Positions 1-11,409 of a stretch of DNA of 64,000 nt are shown here, piece after piece. The translations under genes were made by a program, and so were the position numbers. The notes under the pieces are model-generated. The model saw only the letters and a list, made by a program, of their open reading frames with translations. It made no database searches and had not been told where the DNA came from. The stretch comes from Camelus ferus (Eukaryota). Every line of letters begins with the position of its first letter. Positions within the stretch are counted from its first letter, which is position 1. The stretch spans positions 44,084,001-44,148,000 of the forward strand of contig NC_045697.1 in NCBI RefSeq assembly GCF_009834535.1, given 5' to 3'.

Positions 1-149
1 TAGTAATCCAGTTAACTAAAATGTATCTCCATTTTTCCCCTTGGTAAATGGAGTTTATTAGTGTATTGTAAGAAAGGAACAAGGTAGATGTGTTCATAAT
101 ACAATGTTTGTATTGCTAGATCCTGTAGAGAGAAAGGACAGTAGGTTTG

Positions 150-1030
150 TTAATTTGTTTAAATTGATCTGGGTTCACTGAAGAAAATGCAGCCAACAAA
201 ATATATTAAAATTTACTAGGAGTCTGGGAAATGTAAATCAAAGAGCAATGAAATCTTACTTTAACTCTTCCCCCACGTCAGATTGGTAAATATTAAAAAG
301 AGTTATAATATACATTGTTAGAGGGCATGTGGGAAAGGCTTCATTTTTACATTGCTGATGAGATGTGAGGTGTTATATAGCCTTTTGACAAAACAATCTG
401 GCCGCATCTATAAAACTAAAATACATGTACCCTTTGACCGGTGAGCCCAATTCTTCTAGCTCATAGAAATAAAGGCATAATATATAAAAAATCTTATGCG
501 TTCTTTGTAGAACTCAAGATCTGGCAACAAAATAGGAGAGTGAATGCTCAAATAAAATGTGGCACAGCCATACCAGGGATTACTACCCAGCTGTTTAAAA
601 TAGAGTGAATTCAGCCCCTGCCAGATCCCTTGGAGGGAGAGATTCCATGAAGTATAGTGTGAGAAAAGGGAGATGCAGAAAAGTGGGTATCATTTACATA
701 AATGATTATGTAAAACAAACTAAGAAAAAGGAGACTTCTATATTTGTGTTTTTCATTAAATATACACATAGCTTAGATATTTTTACATGAAAGGACACAC
801 TGGTTTAATATAAACCATTGAAGTGTTTGGGAAATCTGGAGAGGAGGTTTAGGAAGGAGGAGGTATCAGTAATAAAAAAAGTCTATGAAATCCCTTTAAT
901 GTGATATTGTGTGTGTGTTTGCATACATAGGAGGTTATCAGCATGCTAATGGTTGCTGCTTGAGGTTGCTGGATTCTGAATGACTTATTTTTTAATATTG
1001 TAATGTATCACTCATATTTTTTAATAAATA
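150..1030 (+). mobile_element. Old degenerate L1 3' fragment (L1ME-like) in a LIN54 intron
   Basis: L1 3'-end-like motifs such as tacattgctgatgagatgtg, atgtaccctttgacc and caaataaaatgtggcacagccatac. Confidence 0.5.
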
Positions 1031-1290
1031 ATACATTATTTATATCAGGAGAAAAATCTATAGTAAGGGGCAAATTGATGTGGGAGGCCTCAGACAAACA
1101 TTGTATATGGCCCAGGATGCCTGACCTGTCCACATGCATAGCTGGCCCCTTTGGTGTTTGTCAGCAAGAGATGCTTCCACTTTATCTTATGTCAGTTGAC
1201 TAGCTAATTCTATTATCTACTGATTTATAGTCTACTGTACTGATGTCTTTTGGTTTTGATTCGTAAGCTTTGCTTTTGTACATCTTTCAG

Positions 1291-1493
1291 GCAAAAATAA
1301 TGTGTTCCTCAATATGCAAATGTATTGGCTGTAAGAATTTTGAAGAAAGCCCAGAAAGAAAGACATTGATGCACTTGGCAGATGCAGCCGAAGTAAGGGT
1401 ACAGCAGCAAACGGCAGCAAAGACTAAGTTATCCTCTCAAATTTCAGACTTGCTTACTAGGCCAACACCAGCTTTGAATAGTGGAGGAGGAAA
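1291..1493 (+). CDS. LIN54: LIN54 (DREAM/MuvB core DNA-binding subunit) penultimate coding exon, includes end of the CRC/CXC domain
   Basis: ttttcag-type acceptor ending 1290, donor aa|gtaagt at 1494. Translates [67 protein letters not shown]; 203 nt, phase-compatible with the next exon. Confidence 0.96.
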
Positions 1494-1939
1494 GTAAGTC
1501 AATATTTTAATATCTTTTTATAGTAAGATATATTCATTTTTGGTAAAGTTTCCTTTCTGGGGCAAAATTGAGCTCATACTTTGGGTTGTTGCAAACCTGA
1601 CTTTTGCATTTTCTATCTTTAATTACTTGTAAAGGAATTGAAAAGTAAGAGAAAAACCACTGTCAGATGTATTGTACAGTTCTAAAATGCGCAGTGTTGC
1701 TTTGGGTCACTGTGCTTAATTTAATTGGGTGTTTCCCTGCTAAAATGAGGTAATTATGTAATTCAACAAACCCTGAAGAAAACCAAAATTTTTATACCAC
1801 CAGGTTGTGTCTTATCCGTATTTTTGCACATTCTTGCCTTCTCTTGCCTTTTCTGTGCCTTGTGGCGCTTGCTCGACCCTCTTGGAGCACCTCCTACGCG
1901 CCGCGCTGCTGTAGCTCCGTACTTCCCTGGATTGCCGAG

Positions 1940-2130
1940 CTCCGGAGCAGGAGGCTGGGGCTTTACGGTCAGGCCGGCCTGAGTTCAGACACGGCCTGTG
2001 TTCTGTAATAGTCTGCGACTTTGACAAGCACCTCACCTCTCAGCCTCACCTCGGGTTTTCTTATTCTTCAAATCACCCTTACCACGTGGCTGTGAGGCGT
2101 AAAGCAAAGGGCCAGTGCAACATAGTTTCC
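1940..2130 (+). mobile_element. MIR SINE remnant, unusually CpG-rich
   Basis: MIR core-like gggcttt..gtcag..cctgagttcaga..tgcgactttgacaag..acctctcagcctc..tttcttattcttcaaat. Confidence 0.55.
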
Positions 2131-3593
2131 TGACTTGGATTTGTATTAGTTTGTTAGAGGTTAATTTGAGGAATTATCAAGTGGAGTGAGCCTTACAAAT
2201 GGTATTTTATTTAAAATGCCTAAGTTGAAATAAGCTACAACTTATAAAACCTATAAAAGTAAGGCTTTTGTACAAAATATTTCAGACATTAGTTCTAAAG
2301 AACTCTTACAACTGGAATATAATCAGCAAAAGGTTCTTGACTGAATGAAGTGGAAGCGGGCAGACATCTTAATGAGGGGTATGATGGGGTCCTTCCTGGT
2401 CTCCTGCTTTCAATAAACCTTCAGAATATGAACTCATCTCCTTGTGGAGATTAAAGATACTGCTAAACTAAAATATTTACAATTAATTTTTCAACTTGGG
2501 AAAATGTTTGATATTATGAAGTGTGAAAGAGCACAAAATGATACGTTATGGTCAAAACTAAGTTAAAAAAATGTATAAAAAAAGTTCTACCAGCATGCTA
2601 ACAAGTTTTTGAGTGGCAAAAATTTGAATTTTTTTTTACTTTCCCGTAGTTTCCAAATATAACATGTACTATTATTATACTGTATTACTTAATTATGTTT
2701 TAATACCTTATTGTAATATTTTAATTTTATAATATTTTCTAATTTAAAGTCCTTTTTGTATTTTAAAGATTGCTATAAAACTGTAGCAGCCCAGATCCTT
2801 ACCCTGTCTTGACATAGTGGACCTTAATTTCAGACTTGTTTTGTTTTGCAGTTTCTATCAGTGACTGCTCTTACAGGTTGTGGAGTTAGTGGTTAGATTA
2901 GGGACCCTGATTTTCTCTCTCATAGAATTTAAGACTTAGCTACTTATAGCAAGCCTCAGGATGTATTGCTCTGTTAAGTACTCAATAGTTCAGGTCTTTA
3001 TGAATGAAATTCCACATATAGAACAGCATTTGGTGACCCCATTGTTTTGTTTTGTTTGTTATCATGAAATAATGCACAAGTCTGGTGTGCTTTTTTGTTT
3101 TTTACAAACACTATATGGGACTATGGGAGAGTGCGTTATTTTCTGTGTTCAGGAGATGGTGCTTTCAATGCCCAGTATTATTCATTCATTCAGCAGATAC
3201 TCATGAAGTGTCTCTGTGTGTTGGGAACTATTCTAGGCAGTGAAGAAACAACAGTAAATGAAACAAAAATTACACTTGTAGAGTTTACATTCATGCATTG
3301 GGAGGAAAAATCCAGTCAACATGCAGAATTACATCTTTCAGTTACCAGATAACCTTGTCTAGATAGTAAGATACGTATTTTATATGAAATACTGTATTTT
3401 AAAAATATACTCAATAATAAAACCAGATGTTACTTTTTAAAAGCTCTTTAGGATGTGCTTGCGTTTGTTGCAAAAACTGTGACGTTCACTGTGCTTGGTG
3501 AATCATGAAAATGTCGACAAATCCCCAGGAGAAAGGGTGTCAGCACTGTTGTTGTTATTCACACCATCTCTCCTTTCTCAAAAATCATTTCAG

Positions 3594-3795
3594 ATTGCCG
3601 TTTACATTTGTAACTAAGGAAGTAGCTGAAGCCACGTGTAACTGCCTCCTTGCCCAGGCAGAGCAGGCAGACAAGAAGGGAAAATCAAAGGCAGCAGCTG
3701 AACGGATGATACTTGAGGAATTCGGACGATGTTTGATGAGCGTCATCAACTCTGCGGGAAAAGCAAAAAGTGACCCTTGTGCCATGAACTGCTAA
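3594..3795 (+). CDS. LIN54: LIN54 last coding exon
   Basis: Acceptor catttcag|A; split codon AA|A (Lys), then [66 protein letters not shown], stop TAA 3793-3795. Confidence 0.96.
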
Positions 3796-6445
3796 CTCTT
3801 GCACAAAGAATGGTGAATGGAAATGTACGGAAAATTGAAGGTGCAGGGACACTTGATTTTCTGGAAGATAGTTTAACAACTGTTGTATTGTTAATTCAGT
3901 CCCTCTGAGACCTGAAATTATAATATTGAAAGAGAAGAAATTTTAAATAAGGAAATTAGTACATTTGAAATCTTAAGTTAAATCTGCTTATGCCCCTTCT
4001 AAATTGAATTTTTTCTTTATTGTATTATATAGATTATTAATTTGCTTGGGTTTCTTAAGAACTAGATGTCCTTTCCTTCTGATTCTATTGATAAAGAACA
4101 ATTATAAATTGCTATAATTTATAGTGTATGGCGTTGTATGACTTTGTTCCAGTAGAAAAAGCCAAAGAAGCATTGGCATTACCCAGTCATTATTTAGTAC
4201 TAGATCTAGAAAATCAGCAGATAGAGAAGCATTGGCATTACCCAGTCATTATTTAGTACTAGATCTAGAAAATCAGCAGATAGAATGTCTACATAAACAG
4301 ATTCTTACAAAAAATATTCAAGTGACATTTTGTGTTTACAAATGCACTATCTTTTTAAGAAAAATCAACTTTTTAGAGGGCGGATTCTGGAGTAATATCC
4401 TGTTGCCACTTTGGGAATTGTCGGAAGAGGAAGTAATCTTTAGGCACACTTTTAAAATAAAAAAATTTTTTTTTAAAAAAACAAGTGAAGTGTTAAGGGA
4501 CAGTAAATAATTCTCAAAGGACGGGCAATTTGTTTCCATAATAAGGAGTGACTAGGAAATGCTCTGGGATGTTTCCATTTTCTTTTGAGGAGGTGGTATG
4601 TATTTGAAATAATAAATTGTCAAAGTGATTACTGGGTACTATTAAAATGAAAGGCGCATATGAATAGAAGTAAACATATCTTTATTATGTAGTGATAAAG
4701 TAGAACCTCACATAATTATCAGGTGTAAATTTTGGCTTGGATGGATAAATAAAGAATATTGAAGCTCAGATGAATTTAGGGAAGGATTTTTGATCTATAC
4801 AAACAGTTCTCTTTATAGGCTTTTGAACTAAGAGGTTTCAAAACAATATATTATCTTTTACTTGATTTACTCAAATGGTCCTAACAAAGCTTTCAAAATT
4901 GTAGGATTTCTTTTTGTAAGGGAAGCTTAATATGGCATTATTTTTAGCCAGTGGTTTGGTAAGCTGAAGGTATGAGTGTTTTCATACAATTACTAAAATA
5001 ATCTAAATCATTTTTGGTAATTCAGAGTTCAAAAGCTTTATGAATTTAAGAGCCTGTTTATAATAGGACTCTGGATTTTATGATGAGAAAAAACCATGTT
5101 GGAATTCAGGCATTTTGTTGGTTACCTTAATCCTCAGTAATTATTAGTAAATGATTATTACATTTCCTACAAGGAATCTATAGTTGTATGTATTAAGTGT
5201 GTATATATGTTCATATGAACATGCAAGATATAGGCAATAGAAATTAAGTAATCCAAAAGAAGATTCCGTTATTCATTATCTTCCTTTTGAAATTTGGATT
5301 TATACAATTATAGTGCAGTAACTTTAAATGTAGATAGTGCAGACATTCTTAGCACCTCAACCTAGTATGTTTAATTAAAATTTGTATAAATGTAAATTAG
5401 TGTAAGAGGATAAAATAATATCTAATCAAGTTATTTTTCAAAAAAATTACCACACCTTTTTGGTCTAAATCTGAACTTTGTTCATTTTGTACATATTCTG
5501 TGTTTAATTCTAATTGCACCTTTGTGATGTGTATTTATATACAGTGTGCAGAAAATGTTTGTGAAATTTGGATTACAATTGTAGTTATGTATGATGGCAT
5601 TGCTTGAGAATGTTTTGCTTGTAAAAATTTGAAGGTGCAATCAATCAAATGCTACTAGTTTTTCTGATTTTCAAGAAGCTATCTAAAGTATTAAGCCTTT
5701 TTCTTCCTGTGTAGTACTTACTAAACAACTTTTTGTATTTAGGCATTTGCGTCAAATTGCTGAACAAGATTAATATCCACATTAATTCAACAATTTTAAA
5801 AGACTATTTGGGGAGGGTTGGGTTTATTATTTTTTAGCTCTATTTACATCCCAAAGTAGAAAGATTAAATTTATATTTACTAGAGCTATTCAAAGAATAC
5901 ACTTTTCTATATTGTAAAAACAGGACAGCAGAGTAAATCAAAAAATAAACATTTATACTATTCTGTAAAAAAAGATTCTGCATTTTTTCTTTAGTAACAC
6001 TACTTTTAACCATTTAATATGCAAGAAACTTTTAAATAATACCTGATTTTAAGTAAATTTGACATTACTTCTGAAAGCACACAACTAAAAAAGCTGTATC
6101 ATTCTGCCCAGTTATTAACATAAATTGCTTTGAAATGAGAATATGTCTTCTCTTTTTTCTACTGTTTCTTTTAAAGGCAGAAACTCAGTCTACTCTTTCT
6201 TTTAATGTTTGGTATTTTTATGGTGAACACCTTTCTTTAAATTCCTTTTCTCTCAAGAACTAAAAGCAACCTGTAGGTCTTATCTCTGGATTATATGGGA
6301 AACAGAAACATGTTACAGGTAATAAAATAAGTGGAGCAGTGACTTTGGGGGAGACTGCTTTAGCTTCCCCATTCTTTGATCTGGACAACTGACATTTTCT
6401 CAGTCTTATGTAAAATGTGAATAAAAACGCCACTTAGAAAAGTTT
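3796..6445 (+). other. LIN54: LIN54 3'UTR (about 2.6 kb) with candidate poly(A) signal AATAAA at 6420-6425
   Basis: AT-rich, largely repeat-free stretch after the stop; AATAAA followed by a T-rich downstream element. The end position is inferred. Confidence 0.6.
4166..4283. repeat. Perfect 59-bp tandem duplication
   Basis: agaagcattggcattacccagtcattatttagtactagatctagaaaatcagcagatag at 4166-4224 and again at 4225-4283. Confidence 0.97.
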
Positions 6446-6939
6446 TCTATTTTTATTGTTTTATAACACAAATAACTAAGAAATGAATCCGTGTTATGTA
6501 AATACAGCTTTCAAAACAGAACCTCCAGCCCTACCTGTGGTCATATTGCATCCCTTAAGTATTTTATATAGGAATTCTGTAGCAGCAACCCAAAGGAGAG
6601 GGAAGCCAGTCAGCTAGAAAGCCTTTACTATTAAAATATGACTTAGAACTGTTTTTTTTCCTTGTTTGGACTTCTTTAATGCACATTTTGTCATTATCTA
6701 TGGACTAAATGTGAGCTTTTTATGGTCCAAATGATTTTATAAATTGTAAGATATAAAGGCTTTAATTAAAAAATTTTTTAGTTTAATGAGAGCATATAAG
6801 TCATTTTTAGTTTACTCAAAAGCAGTAAGAAAGTTTAAGTATCTTCAGGGTAACGTTTATTTTATACGGCCACAGACTTTAACATAACTATAATTTATAA
6901 TTATACTAGTAAGTGAAATCTGACAATAAATAAAAAGAA

Positions 6940-8830
6940 TACATCATGACCAGGTTGGGTTTATCTCAGAAATAAAGGTTCACTCAACATTAAAAAAAAA
7001 AAAAATCAATGTAGTTCAATGTATTGGCATACAAAAGAAAAACCATGTGATCATTGCAAAAACTGCAGAAAATAACCTTTTGAATATACCTACTAGATTG
7101 TATGCTTTAAAAGGGCAAATACTGTGGTATGTAAATTATCTCAATTTTTTTCCAAAAAAAGGTGTGGAAAAATCATCTGATGAAATGCAACACACCACTT
7201 ACTGATTAAAAAAAAAACAAAAACAAAAAACTTCAGCAAACTAGGAATAGAAGGGATCCACAACCAAAAGAGCCTACAGCTAACCTCATATGAATGGTGA
7301 AGAATGAATGTTTCCCTCAGATTGGGAACACAACACTCCTCCTGAACATTGTATTTAAGGGCACTGTACAATAAGGTCTTTTTATTAAAAAGGCCACAGA
7401 TGAGAAATGAATAAATATGACAATATCTATTTGTGGATGATGTGATTTCCTATATAGTAAAGTCAAAGGAGCTAGATAAAAAGGTACTAAGACTAGTGAG
7501 TGAGTTTTACAAAGTATGCAAAAGTGTATTTCTACACAGTAGCAATGAACATTTAGAAACTAAAATTCTAAAATTATCATTTATAGTAGCACAAAACATG
7601 AAATGTAACAAAAGTACATACAAGATCTGTATGTGAAATGCAGAAAACACTGATTAGAAAATCAAAGACAACCTTAAGAAAAAATACGTATATATACACA
7701 CATCATGTTCATGGATTGGAACATTCAATATTGAGATGTCATTTCTCCTCAAATCTCTAGATTCAACGTTAACTCCAGTCAAAGTCTCAGCAGGGGGTTG
7801 TAAAATCAAGCTGATTGTAAAGCTTATATGGAAAGGTGCAACTAGAATAGTCAAACATTCTTGAAAAAAGAATAAAGTTGAGGACTCCTTCCTGACTTCA
7901 AGTCTTATATAAGGCTAGTCAAGATAGTGCAGTATTGGTGAAAGACCCACAGGTCAAGGAAACAGAGCCCAGAAATAGATTCATATATATGTGATCAGTT
8001 TTTGGCAAGGGTTCATAGGTAATTCACCGGAAAACAATAGTCCTTTTAACAAATGGTGCTAGGATACCCATATGTAAAAAAATATGAACTTACAGTACAC
8101 ACCAAAATTAACCAAAAATGGATCATAACCTAAATGCAAAACCTAAAACTGCAAAATATCGACAAGAAAACATAGGAAAAATCTCTGTGATCTTGCAGTT
8201 ATACAAAGATTTCTTAGACATTAAAGTAAGAAGTATGAGCCCTACAGAAAGAAAATTAGTATATTGGACTTATCAAAATTAATGTCTGCTATTCAAAACA
8301 CTAAAAAAGTAAAAGCTACATTATCTTTAAAAACTGAATGTTGTACACTTTTAACATATAATACTGTACATCAATGATACCTCAGTAAAATAAAAGCCAC
8401 AGACTGGGAGAAAATATTTGCAAAGCACATCTGATAATGTACTTCTCTGGATAGAATATACAACATTCAATAAGAAAACAACCAACCTTCCAAAATACAG
8501 GCAAAAGACTTGAACAGACATTTCACCTAAGATTATGTGAACAGCAAATAAGCCTATGAAAAGATGTTCAGCATCATTAGTCATTAGAAAAATTGGAAAT
8601 GAAAGCCACAATAAAATATCACTGTACACTTAGAATGTAACTGTACACTTACACATTAGAATGGCTAATTCAAAACAAAACCCTGACAATACCAAGTACT
8701 CGGAAGGAAGCAGAGGAACTGGAACTTTTCCTACATTCCTGGTTGAGGTACAACATGGTGCATCACTTTGCAAAAAAAACCACTTAGGGCAGTTTGTTAT
8801 AAAGTAAAACACACTTCCCATGTGACCCAC
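6940..8830 (+). mobile_element. L1 ORF2/3' region, degenerate
   Basis: L1 hallmarks catcatgaccaggttgggtttatc, aacaaatggtgctagga, acagactgggagaaaatatttgcaaa, aaagatgttcagcatcattagtcattag; many stops and indels. Confidence 0.85.
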
Positions 8831-9597
8831 TGTATGGATTCAACATTTATTATTTATCCACTTATCAGCTAGACATTTAGGCTTTTTCACTTTTTAGCTA
8901 TTATAATGCTGCTATGAAATCTGTGCACATTTCATTTGGGTATATGCCCTTTCAAGAGAATTGCTGAGTCATATGGTAATTCTATGTTTAACCTTTTGAA
9001 GGACTGCCACGCTGTTTTCCAAAGTATGTGCATTCCCACCAACACTGTATGAGGGTTCCAACTTCACATTCTTGCCAACACTTATTATGTCTTTTTTTAT
9101 TATAGCCATCCTGGTGGGTGTGAAGCGTATCTCGTGGTTTTGATTTGCATTTCCCAGACGGCTAATGATGTTGAGTACATATTCATGTATTTATAGGCCA
9201 TTTGTATATTTCCTTTGAACAATGTCTGTTCATAATTTTTTAATCCATTTTAAAAACTGGATTATTTTCCTTTGTTATTGAGTTATAGGAGTTCTCTATA
9301 TATTCTGGATACAAGGCCTTTATCAGATACATGATTTGCAAAAATTTTCTACAGGTTGTTTCACTTCCACGATGGTAGAAGCACAAGTTTTTAATTTTGA
9401 TGAAATGCAATTTATTTTGTGTGCCTTATGCTCTTGGTGTCATATCTAAGAAACTATTGCCTAATCCAAGTTTCAAAGATTTACTCTCTTTTATTCTGAG
9501 TTCTACAGTTTTACCTCTTACATTGAAGTCTTTGTTCCATTTCGAGTTAATACCTTTGCATGTGCACATCTGGCTATTCCAGCACTATTTGCTGAAA
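8831..9597 (-). mobile_element. L1 3' fragment in opposite orientation
   Basis: Antisense L1 motifs ttgctgagtcatatggtaattctatgtttaac, tttgatttgcatttccc, tattctggatacaaggcctttatcagatacatgatttgcaaa. Confidence 0.85.
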
Positions 9598-9711
9598 GTA
9601 GGAAGGATAAATTTCTGAAAGAAATGTTTGTTTTCTCCAGAGGAAATAAAGAACAAGGGTGCTGGGTAGAAGTTGTAAACTAAATCACCCTAATTAAATA
9701 TGAACAAATAA

Positions 9712-9717
9712 TTTATT
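9712..9717 (-). terminator. THAP9: Candidate THAP9 poly(A) signal
   Basis: TTTATT on + (AATAAA on -) about 1.7 kb past the THAP9 stop, just before the L1 block. Confidence 0.4.
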
Positions 9718-11409
9718 TTAAAAATTTCACTGTCATATCATCATATCAAATAAATCTCACATCAGACTTGGAATACTTTCATTAGGACAAGAGCAATTAA
9801 CTGTGCTAATGGCAGTGATGGGAAGATTCTTGTCTTCAATGTTTGTCCAATTTATCCAGCACTTAAATAATGCAAAACACTATTTTAACAAATTATAGAA
9901 TATATAGTACATTAGTCAAATGTAACAGCAAAGAACATAAGACACTACAGATATGAATCTAGGTTTAAGTAAAGATCAAGTATAAAACTTGGATTTATAT
10001 AAGCAGTAAGTCAAAGGTGGTGATTTATGAACAGGCTTCCTTTAAGATTTATCCTGGTGCATCTGAACTCATTCTGTTGCAAACAAAACTAAAACCACAC
10101 TATTTAAACTTCTCAGCAATATCCCTTATATAAAATGTAGAAGAGTACAGCTCTGGTTACACTTCAAAACTTAAGCCTTTGAGGTAGAACAAGCAAAAAT
10201 ACATCAAAATATCCTATTTAAGAAGAATTTCAATTAATAAAACTCAACTTTTAGCTATCATTAATCTTTTACAACTCTAAGTTTCCATCTTAACTATACT
10301 TTATGAACATTCACGCAGTAACAGTAAGTAGATTTTTACATACACAGGTGAATAACATGCTGTTAATTCTTTTATCCATTAAAATACTCCAATTTGTGAA
10401 AGTTCATATACCTACATGGTTTTCTATTTATCTTTTCAAATCTGGGTGTGAGAGAACGAAGAAAATTGTCCTCGGTATTAGTCTCCATCTTCCGATTATT
10501 TAAGCTTCTGCTAAATTTCTGAAAAAATTCATTATGTAATTAAGACAAACTTTTTCATACTCATTGTCTCAACTGATCATTTTTTCCAATTGTATTAATC
10601 ACATGTTACGAAATGCCATTATTCAACATTCAAAGTATGTTTCATTATTTTAGCCTCCCTGCAAACACAAGTGGACTTCAGAAGTTGAAGTAAAGTCTTC
10701 TCATTCTCTGATGAGCACTGGGTTCCTCCAATAGGAGTTAGAAAGTATCCATTCTATCATTCAAAAGTGGTACCTTGAAGTCCAGGGACAATGGATTGTG
10801 AAAATGGTATCACCTATGAAGTCCCCAACATTCCCCAGCTCAGTTGCAGCACAAAACCACCTCATGGCTCACGTGTTTACCTTCTGCCTGATAAAGCATA
10901 ATTATTTCCATTTCAGGGTACCCCAGCAAGTGGATTTTTGTGGTGTTTGATGTTTAATTCAGTCTAATTTTCAAATCGTATCCTGATTTTCATGTGTAAC
11001 TAAGGATTATGTTCAAGGTTTGATAGGTATCCTGTTAATATTCTTAAGAGCTGTGAACAAATGCTCTTTTAGGTAGTTTTTATAAAAGGACTCAATGTTT
11101 TGGTGGCTCCTCGTTGTCATTCTCTCATTTTTAAAGTATGTCCTGTCAAATTACTCAGTCATATAGTAGTAAATTCAAAGACAGCACCCGTTGGCTGGTC
11201 TGTTCCTACTGACTTACTGCTTTCTACATTTTGGGTAACTGAAACGCTGCAAGTCTTACCGAAGTCCAAGCAGATGTGATAATGTGCATAATAGATATTC
11301 CAGTAAATCAGAACTGCAAACTTGTCCACTGTGCAGAATGGTCAATTTGTAAAATATGGTAAGTTGAACATTAAAATAAATGTTGACTACTTATTTCTAA
11401 TAAAAATTT

